DNA of 64,000 bases from a virus: IMG/VR virus record IMGVR_UViG_3300032116_000106, positions 19,682-83,681 of that record, one strand, 5' to 3'. The notes under the pieces were generated by a model. That model was not told the DNA's origin and ran no database searches. It saw only the letters and a program-made list of their open reading frames with translations. Of the stretch, positions 1-9,932 are shown piece after piece; the first letter of the stretch is position 1, and each line of letters begins with the position of its first letter. Position numbers and translations under genes: made by a program.

Positions 1-99
1 TTTTAAATGTTCTGGCCAAAAATAACTCTTCTTATCTAACGTCGCGTGGAAATTAGTAAAAGAACAACCACTACAAATTATGTGAGATGTAGTATTCAT
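1..99 (-). CDS. Partial (runs off left edge) SGNH-like 'GCSFT' family protein, missing from the ORF track
   Basis: ATG at 99 reads MNTTSHIICSGCSFTNFHATLDKKSYFWPEHLK to the edge. Same G[CD]S[FW] start motif as 37997..38818 and 59144..59911. Confidence 0.7.
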   Translation of the reverse strand, partial: MNTTSHIICSGCSFTNFHATLDKKSYFWPEHLK

Positions 100-1003
100 A
101 GGTTTTTTCTAATGCTTTTTCAAATCCCAATTTTGGTAATAATCCAACTTGCTCTTGCTTAGTTGTATCCATTTGTCTTCTACTATCCCCATTTGGTTTA
201 GATGTATTCCAATCTATTTTCAAATCTTTCCCACTAATTCTAATAAGAGATTCTATCATTTGTTTTATAGTAATTTCTTCCCCCGCTCCAAAGTTAATTG
301 TGGTGTGTAGTTTTCTTTTATATAAATCTAAAACTGCATCTGCCACATCTCCTCCATATACGAAATCTCTAATAGGAGAACCATCGCCCCACGCTTCTAT
401 CGAATCACCCTTTGCTTCTACAATCTTTTTAATAGTAGATGCAATTACAGTACCCTTACCACTAAAATCATCATATTCTCCAAATATATTTGCAGGTCTA
501 ATGATTGCCCAATTGTGATAATTGTATTGAACTCTATACGCTTCTAATAAAATTTCACCCATTCTTTTACTCCATGATGGAAACCAGTCTGCTTCACCAG
601 GTAATGTTTTCCATACTGAATCCTCAACAAATGTTTCAGCAGGTGCATAAACTCCTACTGAACTCATAAACACTAACCAAATGTTATTTTTAGCACATTG
701 ATTGATTATTTCGGTATTTATTTTAAATGATGGATATAAAAAATCAACTGGCTTTTCTTTTGCTCTAACGGGTGAACCCTTTACACCAAAACAATTAAAT
801 ACTACATCAAACTTATTAATAAACAAAGATTCAATTGCAAATGGTTTTGTCAAATCCTCTTGAATAAATTCCCAACCAACCGATGGTAGATGTTTTCCTT
901 TTTTTAAATCAACCCCAATAACCTTATAACCTTCATTGAGGCACTTCTTCAGTAAATGTGTTCCTACTAAACCATTTACACCTGTTATTAAAACTTTTTT
1001 CAT
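71..1003 (-). CDS. NAD(P)-dependent epimerase/reductase, GDP-L-fucose synthase-like extended SDR
   Basis: TGVNGLVG Rossmann motif, RPANIFGEYD, WGDGSPIRDFVY, KPNG. The YxxxK position reads PSWSK. Confidence 0.85.
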   Translation of the reverse strand: MKKVLITGVNGLVGTHLLKKCLNEGYKVIGVDLKKGKHLPSVGWEFIQEDLTKPFAIESLFINKFDVVFNCFGVKGSPVRAKEKPVDFLYPSFKINTEIINQCAKNNIWLVFMSSVGVYAPAETFVEDSVWKTLPGEADWFPSWSKRMGEILLEAYRVQYNYHNWAIIRPANIFGEYDDFSGKGTVIASTIKKIVEAKGDSIEAWGDGSPIRDFVYGGDVADAVLDLYKRKLHTTINFGAGEEITIKQMIESLIRISGKDLKIDWNTSKPNGDSRRQMDTTKQEQVGLLPKLGFEKALEKTYEYYISHNL

Positions 1004-2197
1004 TTATAATTCTCTTAAATCGTTAATCGTTTCATCAATCATTTTTGAGAATGAATACTCAAAAAATTTCTCTTTATTCTTTTTAATCTTTTCTATATTG
1101 TTATTATAAAAATTTATTATAGATTGTTCACCTAACTTATAAACTTTTCTAATCTGCCCTAATGCATCATTTAATCTTTTTTGATTATCAGGCATCGAAT
1201 CAAATGAGTAATCAATAAGCGAATCGTATAATTCAAATCCTAATTCAGTAAGGTATTGATGAGAACCCATATCACCAATTATTAAAAAAGGGTGACAGTT
1301 TGCCAATGCCTTAAAACTTTTTTCAGTAAGATTTAAACTATTATTCTCAAATGAGGTTTCAGTTATAATGTTAAAATAAGTTTCAGAATAATGTGATTTA
1401 GTCGTATATTTTAGATTTGAAAATACGTCGTTTTGGTTATTAGGGTAATCCCAATCTAATACATTAAATCCAATTCTATCAAATTTATTATAATATGCAA
1501 TTAAATCATACAGTTCAACTTCTTTTGATTCCAATTCCCTTCTATTAAAATTATCATTTTTAATTAATATGGAAACATATGTATCATCAATTAATCCATT
1601 TTTAATCAACCATAAAATAAGTTGAACTCTAAATGTTTTGGTAGTATTTTTATTATAACTTAAAAAGAATTTTTTCTTTTCAGAATTCAAATACTCATTT
1701 ACATTTAATAATCCGATTTCCGAGCCTCTACAATCAATGGATTCATATTTTATATCTCTATAATGGTCTACTAAAAATCCAAATAGATAAGGTTTATGAA
1801 TTACTTTAATTCCATGCTTATTAAATAATTCGGAATATTTGTTATTAGTAGCAACAACTATTTGATTAATGGCTAAGTTAAACTTATCCTTAAATAATAT
1901 TAATCTGGAAAAAAATGGATTTTGATTAGTTCCTTCGTGAAAATTGGAAAATACAATTTTAACATTTGGTTTATCCTTTACCATTTCAAATACTTTTTCA
2001 AAGTATTCTTTGTTGCTATCTATTACATTTGAATTCATTTCACCTATTATGGACAAATTCCATATAATAGGTTCTTCATTATTTAATTCAAATATTGGAT
2101 TGGCAAATCCATAGTTCCAATCTAAATTTGATATATGACAAAAGGGATACCCATTGGGTATATTCTTAAAATCAGTATTCTCATAATAAAATTTCAT
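1004..2197 (-). CDS. 'ETxF...TEK' family protein, putative GT-B glycosyltransferase (GT10/GT47-like)
   Basis: YFNIITETSF...LTEKSFKALANCHPF...LGFELY...DYSFD. Paralogue of 2995..4263 and 58011..59147. Confidence 0.55.
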   Translation of the reverse strand: MKFYYENTDFKNIPNGYPFCHISNLDWNYGFANPIFELNNEEPIIWNLSIIGEMNSNVIDSNKEYFEKVFEMVKDKPNVKIVFSNFHEGTNQNPFFSRLILFKDKFNLAINQIVVATNNKYSELFNKHGIKVIHKPYLFGFLVDHYRDIKYESIDCRGSEIGLLNVNEYLNSEKKKFFLSYNKNTTKTFRVQLILWLIKNGLIDDTYVSILIKNDNFNRRELESKEVELYDLIAYYNKFDRIGFNVLDWDYPNNQNDVFSNLKYTTKSHYSETYFNIITETSFENNSLNLTEKSFKALANCHPFLIIGDMGSHQYLTELGFELYDSLIDYSFDSMPDNQKRLNDALGQIRKVYKLGEQSIINFYNNNIEKIKKNKEKFFEYSFSKMIDETINDLREL

Positions 2198-3005
2198 ATT
2201 CGGCCTTTATTTTGTCATAGTATTCATTCTCTGAATCAAAGTATAAAGATAATTCTTTTATTTCAGATTTCCAAATTTCAATGTTATCTTTAAATACCTG
2301 ATAAAATATATTATTTTTTTCAGAATGTTTAAATTTATTCATTTCCTGTTCATACCCCCAATCAATTAATTCTTTTGTTTTAAGGTATTCATCAAATGAA
2401 TTAATATCTATATATGTTATCTTTGCTCCCAAATCCCTTAATTGATTCATATATAAATAAGCGTAGTAGTGGTGGCGCTCAACATGAGAATCTTTATAGA
2501 TAGCATAATTTAATACATATTTTTCTATTAAAACTTTTAGGCAATCAACATCTTTTGTATTAAGATACTTTACAAATAGATTCAAAAAATTATCTATATT
2601 TGATTGTAGTTCTATTTCACTTATATTGTGTTCAAAATATGATTTCATAAATTCTTTTCCATCATGTTTTAAATTAACAGCTCTCTGATGTATAATACCA
2701 AACATTGTAGTTAAACCTGATATGAATCTACTTTGAGGATTACGAACAAAGAATACTACATCTTTGTTTTTAAATAAATTTTTGTAAGCATGTTCAACAA
2801 ATTCTGAACGTGTTTGAAAACGCATCGAATCAAGCTCTACCTCTTCCAATTTATTATTAAACGGATAACCATAGTTTTGGAATTGTAAATTATTTGATAC
2901 CGATTTTAAAAACCTACTACCTACCTTAGCGGATGTCACTAAAACAATGTTGTCATTAGTAAAATACTTATAACTGGTCGTAAATTCTTTTTCTTTATTT
3001 GACAT
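2181..3005 (-). CDS. Sulfotransferase-like protein (Sulfotransfer_2 type)
   Basis: 5'-PSB-like AKVGSR and 3'-PB-like VRNPQSRFIS. Confidence 0.65.
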   Translation of the reverse strand: MSNKEKEFTTSYKYFTNDNIVLVTSAKVGSRFLKSVSNNLQFQNYGYPFNNKLEEVELDSMRFQTRSEFVEHAYKNLFKNKDVVFFVRNPQSRFISGLTTMFGIIHQRAVNLKHDGKEFMKSYFEHNISEIELQSNIDNFLNLFVKYLNTKDVDCLKVLIEKYVLNYAIYKDSHVERHHYYAYLYMNQLRDLGAKITYIDINSFDEYLKTKELIDWGYEQEMNKFKHSEKNNIFYQVFKDNIEIWKSEIKELSLYFDSENEYYDKIKAEYEILL

Positions 3006-4263
3006 TTGTTAATGATTTAAAATAATTTTTACAGCTCTCTCTTTCCCAAAAATTAAGAAAATGAGATTGATTATATAATAATATATCCTTTGCTTCCGAA
3101 TATATTTTTTTAAGATTAGATTTATTTAATTCTTTTACCACCTCAACTACATTTACCATTCTATCTCTAACATCAAATATTTCATCATAGTCTTCACTCC
3201 AAAAATCATTAAATGTTTTGAACCCATAACTTCTTAATCTCTTTAGATGTTGATATGGTGCTAAAAATATACCTAAATGTAAATTGATAAATGGTTTAAA
3301 ACTTTTTTCAGTTAGGTGTTCTTCGTTATTTTCAAACGATGTTTCGGTTATTAAAGAACAATATGAATTTATATAACTATCTTTAAAATGAGTAGTTTTA
3401 GTATCACCGAAAAAATTATATAAATTTTTGGATATAGGTTCGTATTCACTTTTCTTTTTGGTATAAAAAAAGTATTTTAAAAACCTTTCATATTCAATTA
3501 GAGAATTTCTATCAAAAAATTTTGAAAAGTGTTCTATACTAAAAATGTTCTTTCCCTCTACATCTTTTTCGTTTCCATAAAATGGGGAAAACTCATATGG
3601 AGAAAATAATAATGACCAATCAGTATTGTAGATTAATTCGTTTTTATATAATCTAGCTAAAAAAGAAACTCTATGAGCTTTTGGAACTCTATTTAAACAC
3701 AAAAAATTATATTTTCTTTCAGTAGTATTATCAAAAGTTTGTAATTCAAACCTATAACCTAAATCGTTAATTTTGTTCTCCTTTAATGCCTTATTAACAA
3801 CCAAAGAAGTATGTTCTAATAACCAATCTGAAACATTGACGTTTAAGCCAACATCTCCTATTGATTCTTTGTAATAATTTATTAAGTTTTTGTTTGCAAA
3901 GTAAATGTAGAACGAAGAGTGTGGTAAATTATTACAAATAATAAATTCATTTAGTTGCCGAAAAAAAGAGATATGGTCTCCTCCACCCTCATGTTCTCTT
4001 AATAACAAAACTTTTAACTTTGAATTATGAATAAGAGATAGTATTGTTGGTGAAAAAAATCCTCCTTTAAAAATACAATTAAAATCAGTATTTAAATCAA
4101 TTGGAAAATATATATTATCCAATCCCCCTAACTCATTTAGTTTGATGTTATTTACATTAATGTATTCACGACAATAAGGATGTCTACACCCAAAATTATT
4201 TCCGTTGGGTATAGGCCCTAAATCGTTCCACTCTTCAAATAATAAATTTAAAACGCTATCCAT
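2995..4263 (-). CDS. 'ETxF...TEK' family protein, putative GT-B glycosyltransferase
   Basis: LNRVPKAHR, LITETSF...LTEKSFKPF, GFKTF...EDYD. Confidence 0.55.
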   Translation of the reverse strand: MDSVLNLLFEEWNDLGPIPNGNNFGCRHPYCREYINVNNIKLNELGGLDNIYFPIDLNTDFNCIFKGGFFSPTILSLIHNSKLKVLLLREHEGGGDHISFFRQLNEFIICNNLPHSSFYIYFANKNLINYYKESIGDVGLNVNVSDWLLEHTSLVVNKALKENKINDLGYRFELQTFDNTTERKYNFLCLNRVPKAHRVSFLARLYKNELIYNTDWSLLFSPYEFSPFYGNEKDVEGKNIFSIEHFSKFFDRNSLIEYERFLKYFFYTKKKSEYEPISKNLYNFFGDTKTTHFKDSYINSYCSLITETSFENNEEHLTEKSFKPFINLHLGIFLAPYQHLKRLRSYGFKTFNDFWSEDYDEIFDVRDRMVNVVEVVKELNKSNLKKIYSEAKDILLYNQSHFLNFWERESCKNYFKSLTNVK

Positions 4264-4880
4264 TTTCCGCTTCCGTAATGTGGATATTTTGATTTGTATG
4301 TATAATGTATTACATCAGATGGAATTTCTCTCTTAGTGTCATTCCATGTCTTTTCAGTTGGAGTGTATGTGGAAACTCCATTATCTTCCACAACAAAATA
4401 TAATGGTAATTGAAATCTCCTAGCGTATTTATGAACTTCATAAAAAATACCACTTTCAAAACTCATATCCCCAACAAATACCCATACTTTATCATCCCCA
4501 CCATCTTTTTTAATAGCAGATGCTACACCCAAAGCAATTGGTAATGTCCCACCTACAATTGCGGATGCATAGAATCGATTATCGTGGTCACACATTGTAA
4601 TCGATTTACCATCTTTAATTACTTCGGTAGCATAATCGGCGGATAATCCACTCAATACCCAGTGGTAGTGAGAACGCCATGTTGAAAAAACCCAATCGGT
4701 TTCTTTTATACGCTTGAATACTTCAATTAGTTCAGCTTCGTTTCCATTTGATAAATGAACCGGGCCTCTAATTTTACCGCCTTCCCATATATCAACTATA
4801 CTTTGTTCAAACTGAATTAACTTTTCTACTGTCCAATCTATATCTCTAATGATTGGGTATTGTTCTAAATTTTTTATCAT
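4248..4880 (-). CDS. ThDP-dependent dehydrogenase E1 alpha-like subunit (short)
   Basis: GKIRGPVHLSNGNE, STWRSHYH, AIVGG, ThDP motif GDM...EDN. Confidence 0.85.
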   Translation of the reverse strand: MIKNLEQYPIIRDIDWTVEKLIQFEQSIVDIWEGGKIRGPVHLSNGNEAELIEVFKRIKETDWVFSTWRSHYHWVLSGLSADYATEVIKDGKSITMCDHDNRFYASAIVGGTLPIALGVASAIKKDGGDDKVWVFVGDMSFESGIFYEVHKYARRFQLPLYFVVEDNGVSTYTPTEKTWNDTKREIPSDVIHYTYKSKYPHYGSGKWIAF

Positions 4881-5734
4881 ATTAAAAGGTCACTTATACA
4901 AACTCTATTTTTATCAGAGCCTCTGTTTAAAGATTCATATTCTTCTCCTCCGATTCCAAACATTACACAATCAGTTTCTTCTAAATTCATTTCTTTACAA
5001 ACTTGTGTATATTTTTCACCGAATGTATCCCAATTATAATCAACTGAATACTTTGTCATTAATTCATATCCTATTGCTGCACCAACTCTATTTACCATTT
5101 GTTGTTCATTGAATGCACCTATTCCATCATCGATGTGGCGAAAATCATTTACCATTCTTATCCCAACTCTCAAATGTTCCATTCCATAAAATGCTTTTGA
5201 AAGAGAAAATGTAATCAACTGAATACAATTGTGGTTTAAATTAACATTTATATTTTTTGCCATTGGATAATAAGCAAAATCTAACATTACAGGAATACTA
5301 TTTTCATCACAATAATTTAAAAAATCTTGCGTTAATAAAGGATGTTGTTTACCATAATCTGAAAATGGTACACTAAGGATTACCGCATCCCCTCTTTTGA
5401 TTTCATCATCTTCTATAAAGGCCCAATTCCAATCATGTTGAAATGAGCATTTATGATAAAAAAACTCTCCTTTAAAAAAACGAAATCGTTTTTTCTTTTG
5501 TATTAAATAGAAATGGTCAAAAGATTGAATAGTTCCATGCACATAACTAACATCTCTATATCCTTCTAATCCTTCTAATTTATTATATTTCGAACTTGCT
5601 ATCCAACTTACAAACTTATCCTTAAATTTTTGTAATATAGTATCATCATATACCGATGATAATTTATCCCAACTAATAATGTCTTGTTTGATTTTTGGGT
5701 TTGGTATAGGCTTCGCTCCTCGTAAATTGTTCAT
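4877..5734 (-). CDS. PLP-dependent fold-type I enzyme (aminotransferase/decarboxylase-like)
   Basis: LDFAY (pyridine-binding Asp) and FSLSKAF...RVG (Schiff-base Lys). Confidence 0.7.
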   Translation of the reverse strand: MNNLRGAKPIPNPKIKQDIISWDKLSSVYDDTILQKFKDKFVSWIASSKYNKLEGLEGYRDVSYVHGTIQSFDHFYLIQKKKRFRFFKGEFFYHKCSFQHDWNWAFIEDDEIKRGDAVILSVPFSDYGKQHPLLTQDFLNYCDENSIPVMLDFAYYPMAKNINVNLNHNCIQLITFSLSKAFYGMEHLRVGIRMVNDFRHIDDGIGAFNEQQMVNRVGAAIGYELMTKYSVDYNWDTFGEKYTQVCKEMNLEETDCVMFGIGGEEYESLNRGSDKNRVCISDLLI

Positions 5735-6206
5735 ATAAACCTGTTATTTGCATTGTGTATTTTGGCTCCATTCCCATATTACCGCTAAGATGGGGTTGTC
5801 CATATCTAATTACTTTAAAATCCATTTTTCTCCACTTTATAAATGGTTCATTATCTATTTCAAAATAATGACCAGTCTTCCATTCTTCCAAAAAGAAATT
5901 TAACCTACATACTCCATACTTATCACAATTATTCTTTTTTGAAAATTGATAAAATGTATCAAAGTGTTCAGGTATAGTTTGACCTGGCATTTGTTTTATT
6001 ACACTTAATGAATAATCTGAAAATATTTGCTTTGCGAAAGTATGATATTCTTCTGGCAAATCAAACGTTTGGTAGTATTGAGTATTCTTATCAGTAAATC
6101 CTGCGGTAATATACTTTTGATTTTGCTCATCATATTCCGCTGAATTCCCTTCTAATGATACATTATTGGAAATTGTACTAAAATTTATATTATGTATTGT
6201 TAGCAT
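5673..6206 (-). CDS. Cupin/2OG-Fe(II) oxygenase-like protein
   Basis: PGQTIPEHFD...PHLSGNMG...KYTMQITG gives an HxD...H triad. Confidence 0.65.
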   Translation of the reverse strand: MLTIHNINFSTISNNVSLEGNSAEYDEQNQKYITAGFTDKNTQYYQTFDLPEEYHTFAKQIFSDYSLSVIKQMPGQTIPEHFDTFYQFSKKNNCDKYGVCRLNFFLEEWKTGHYFEIDNEPFIKWRKMDFKVIRYGQPHLSGNMGMEPKYTMQITGLYEQFTRSEAYTKPKNQTRHY

Positions 6207-7155
6207 ATCCTAAAGGAAATCCGTTTCTAAATTCAGAACCCATTTTCGGAACTATCATTTGATAGCCTTGTATTAATTGTTTTATACCTCTATCCAAATC
6301 CCACTCTGGTATCCACCCAGCTTCCTCTATTTTTGCGTTTGATACGATGTAATCCCTTTTATCAGGATCTTCATAATAATCGTTGTATGATACCGCAAAA
6401 TCCTTTACGTGGGTTTGTATCTTTTCTAACAATTCTTGTTTTGATAGATTGGCTGAACTTAATCCTACATTAAATATTTCACCTCTATAAAAATCATAAT
6501 TACCCAACATAAAAAGAAAAGCCGATGCCACATCTTCAATATGAATAAAATTTCTTTTAAAGTTCTTTTCAAATACTACTATGTATTTATCGGTAATTGC
6601 TTTATAAACAAAATCGTTTACTAATAAATCAGTTCTCATACGAGGTGATACACCAAATACGGTCGCTAATCTGAATGTGATTGCCGATGTGTTTGCTCTC
6701 AAAAAATTCTCAGCATCACATTTTGTTTGTCCATAAACTGATATAGGTGTAAGGGGTGATTCTTCAGTACACTCGGTTTGACCTATTCCTATTCCATATC
6801 CACTATTTGTATTTGGATATAAAATCTTTTTATCCTTTCCGAATCTAACAATGTTTACTATTTGTTTAAAGTTAATTTCTTTTGCCAATTGAGGGTCTGC
6901 CGCACACGCTGGAAACCCAACTATTGCAGCTAATGGAATAATCACATCAGCATCTTTACACAATTGTTCTAATAATCTTTCATTACGAACGTCTCCATAA
7001 ATAAACTTAAAATTTGGATTAGATGTGTATTGAAGTAATGATGTTTGGTTAAATAGCAATTTATCCAATACAACTACTTCATAATCAGCTTTTAGCATTT
7101 TATCTACTATAACTGAACCTAAATAACCTGCTCCTCCTGTGATTAATATTTTCAT
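6190..7155 (-). CDS. NAD-dependent NDP-sugar epimerase/dehydratase
   Basis: TGGAGYLG, YGQTK, RLATVFGVSPRMR. Confidence 0.9.
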   Translation of the reverse strand: MKILITGGAGYLGSVIVDKMLKADYEVVVLDKLLFNQTSLLQYTSNPNFKFIYGDVRNERLLEQLCKDADVIIPLAAIVGFPACAADPQLAKEINFKQIVNIVRFGKDKKILYPNTNSGYGIGIGQTECTEESPLTPISVYGQTKCDAENFLRANTSAITFRLATVFGVSPRMRTDLLVNDFVYKAITDKYIVVFEKNFKRNFIHIEDVASAFLFMLGNYDFYRGEIFNVGLSSANLSKQELLEKIQTHVKDFAVSYNDYYEDPDKRDYIVSNAKIEEAGWIPEWDLDRGIKQLIQGYQMIVPKMGSEFRNGFPLGYANNT

Positions 7156-7886
7156 TGTTCTTCTAATTTATCTATAATGTTATTTTGTATATCATTTACA
7201 TTAAAATCTTGATACAAAAGAGCGTGATTACCGTTTCCACTACTATCCCACGCTTTAAATCTATTAAGGTTTTCCAAAGTGAACTTATATTTTGCTAATG
7301 TAAATCTTCTAACAATTTCAGGATTAAATAAATCTAATTCTTCTTTGTTTAGAACCTTTTCCATAATAATTACATCATCAATCCAACCCTTATACCACCA
7401 ACTATATTCTTGTAAATGTGGTTCAATATAATTTGGTGCAGCGGCTCCGATAAATAATGGTGTATTATCATAACTTACAACAGGATATGTTATAGGTGCT
7501 TCTTTGGTTTCACCATTATAAGTAACTCTAAAAATTTTGTTGGTATAATCTACTGAAAAGAATATCTCTTGCCATTCCTTTTCAAAATCGTAAATAAAGG
7601 TGATGTTAATGTTTTCCGCATCAATCGGTTTACTCATCCATAATTGTGCACTTACAACATAAAAATCATTTTCTTTATTTACAAATACACCGGAATGAAG
7701 CCCACATTTAGAAAATATACCATAGATTTCATCTCCTCTATCTTCAGTTTTTTGTATCTTAAATTTACTATAAATTGTAAAATCCTTTTGGAAAAAAGTT
7801 TTTAAATTTGGTTTCTTCGATGTGTTAAAAGTTGATTGATCCCAAACTTTATAACTAATGTCTTTATTGAAATATAAGTGATTCAT
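7152..7886 (-). CDS. Stand-alone LamG/concanavalin A-like jelly-roll protein
   Basis: LFIGA...YKGWIDDVII...L and terminal WDSSGNGNHA, matching the LamG inserts of the GT7 genes. Confidence 0.7.
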   Translation of the reverse strand: MNHLYFNKDISYKVWDQSTFNTSKKPNLKTFFQKDFTIYSKFKIQKTEDRGDEIYGIFSKCGLHSGVFVNKENDFYVVSAQLWMSKPIDAENINITFIYDFEKEWQEIFFSVDYTNKIFRVTYNGETKEAPITYPVVSYDNTPLFIGAAAPNYIEPHLQEYSWWYKGWIDDVIIMEKVLNKEELDLFNPEIVRRFTLAKYKFTLENLNRFKAWDSSGNGNHALLYQDFNVNDIQNNIIDKLEEQ

Positions 7887-9298
7887 TATCTAATACTTTT
7901 ACATAAATTCCAAAATTCTTCTAACTCTGGAAAAGTTTTTACAAAATCAGTTCCTCTTCTTCTATCATGCTCACTAAAAAATCTATAAAAATCTTTTCTA
8001 TCTCTTTTTACAGTATGGTCTTCTTTTGGAGCAACAACCACATCGTATATTCTTCTCAATTTGTGAATTTCTACATCGGTATATCCAATCGGATTTTGTG
8101 TTCCCAAACTTTCGTAGAAGTCCATCAATTGTGCTTGCTCAAATACTTCTTTGTGCCAATCATCGGTTATGATGTTAGCCGCCTGATGATGTGGATGTCT
8201 TAAATACGAACTATCCAATCCAATAGGATAAAACCAATACCTATCAGGATTCGTAAATTCTTTTTTAAGCTGATATACATCTTTAATCAATTTTTTATAT
8301 GATGGGATACTTAAAAGATTATAAGTTCCCATAATCGAAATAGTAAGTTTCGGTATTTCTTCCAATAATTCAGAACATCTATCATACCATTGATTATAAT
8401 CAAATCCATTTCTAATATAATTAGCTTGCTCTCCCCACCCATCACAAGAAGTGAATATAATAAATTCTCTTACCAACCCATCACTACTTATTCTTTTTAT
8501 TTTTTCTTTGGCCTGTTGGTAGAGTTTTTCCGGTGCCCCCAAATTAGAATTTATTGCCAACTTTAATTTTTGGTTTGGATTATCAATTACATAATCAAAT
8601 ACTTTAAATGTATCTTTATGTAATAAAGGTTCTCCTCCGGTTATTCTAAAGTTTAACAATGATGGATATAAATTAGGCCACCATTTCCAAAATGCCTCTA
8701 CATAAGGATTATGTTCGGTTTGTTTATATGGTTGCTTACCTTCTTTGATAATATGGTCTAATCCATTATGACGAGTTGAAGTTGGATAAGCTCCAAACTG
8801 CTCAATCTCTTCCCACCATTGTGTTGAGAATTGAGGATAGCAATACGAACATTTAAAGTTACACGCATTACTAAATGAAACTTCAACATACGAAGGATTT
8901 ACATCATCCATATAAGATGAATTTTTAATCTCATCAAAATGAGGCCAAGCCCATTCTTCCGCAGATTTAAAAGTTCTATCAGAAAATTCGTTTGAATTAT
9001 CTTCTACCTTCCAACAATAATCGCATTCGGTAGGCCTTAATCCTTGCAACATTTCTCTTCTTAATTCCTTTTTATATTTGGTATTATGAAGTGCAGAAGG
9101 GTTATCTACTAAATCTTCTTTAATAATTTTGTGTATACCAGGATGGTGGCAACTATGATTCTGTCCGATGTGAAGATGCAATGTAACTTGCTTCCACTTT
9201 GCTAAACAAAATCCTTTACCCACCGAATTTAATTTTCTTCGTATCTCCGAGTATCGTTCTGTATTATCCATATTTATTTGGTCTGGATTTCGAAACAA
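7886..9298 (-). CDS. Radical SAM protein with N-terminal Twitch/SPASM-like Cys cluster (paralogue 2)
   Basis: CNFKCSYC, TGGEPLL. N-terminal CLAKW...SCHH...CDYCW. Confidence 0.9.
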   Translation of the reverse strand: MFRNPDQINMDNTERYSEIRRKLNSVGKGFCLAKWKQVTLHLHIGQNHSCHHPGIHKIIKEDLVDNPSALHNTKYKKELRREMLQGLRPTECDYCWKVEDNSNEFSDRTFKSAEEWAWPHFDEIKNSSYMDDVNPSYVEVSFSNACNFKCSYCYPQFSTQWWEEIEQFGAYPTSTRHNGLDHIIKEGKQPYKQTEHNPYVEAFWKWWPNLYPSLLNFRITGGEPLLHKDTFKVFDYVIDNPNQKLKLAINSNLGAPEKLYQQAKEKIKRISSDGLVREFIIFTSCDGWGEQANYIRNGFDYNQWYDRCSELLEEIPKLTISIMGTYNLLSIPSYKKLIKDVYQLKKEFTNPDRYWFYPIGLDSSYLRHPHHQAANIITDDWHKEVFEQAQLMDFYESLGTQNPIGYTDVEIHKLRRIYDVVVAPKEDHTVKRDRKDFYRFFSEHDRRRGTDFVKTFPELEEFWNLCKSIR

Positions 9299-9932
9299 AA
9301 TCCATTATTTTATCGTGCTTAAATTTTACGGGCTCTGATATGAATGCATGATTACCATTACCACTATTATCAAATATTTTAAAGTTTGTTTTTTCTGATG
9401 TATCTAAACAACTAAATAAACTATCTTCCTGCAAAACTTCTGATGTTTTTAAGTTAAAGTTTATTTCATGTGTTTCCAACAATCTATCATATAATACAAC
9501 TAAATCTAAATTACCATTTAATATATTTTTTTCAGTTGTTTTCTCATGCACATTATCCGATAAAAAAGTAAAGTAATTATCTTCTTTTACTACATTTTGA
9601 AAATCACATTTAAAATCATATCCTATTTCAGTATTCAAATCAGTATAAACAAACTTTTGCTTTCTATTATCAATTCTTATAAAGAAATCAAACGTTTTCT
9701 TTACATCACATACTATATTAGAGAAGTATTCATCTCCAACTTTATATTGAAAATGAATTTTACCACCCTCAATTATTAATGTTTCAGAAGAGAGATTTCT
9801 CCTAAACAAATAACCAAAAGGTTTATTCACATCATAACTACCTTTTAATCTTAAAGAATACCCATCATTTAAAGATGTAAAATTTTTAAGATTAGTGCTG
9901 TTGGTAGATTTATTTGGTATATAAAAAATCAT
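9264..9932 (-). CDS. Divergent stand-alone LamG-like protein
   Basis: LNGNLDLVVLYDRLL and FKIFDNSGNGNHA, homologous to the C-terminus of 7152..7886. Confidence 0.55.
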   Translation of the reverse strand: MIFYIPNKSTNSTNLKNFTSLNDGYSLRLKGSYDVNKPFGYLFRRNLSSETLIIEGGKIHFQYKVGDEYFSNIVCDVKKTFDFFIRIDNRKQKFVYTDLNTEIGYDFKCDFQNVVKEDNYFTFLSDNVHEKTTEKNILNGNLDLVVLYDRLLETHEINFNLKTSEVLQEDSLFSCLDTSEKTNFKIFDNSGNGNHAFISEPVKFKHDKIMDFVSKSRPNKYG

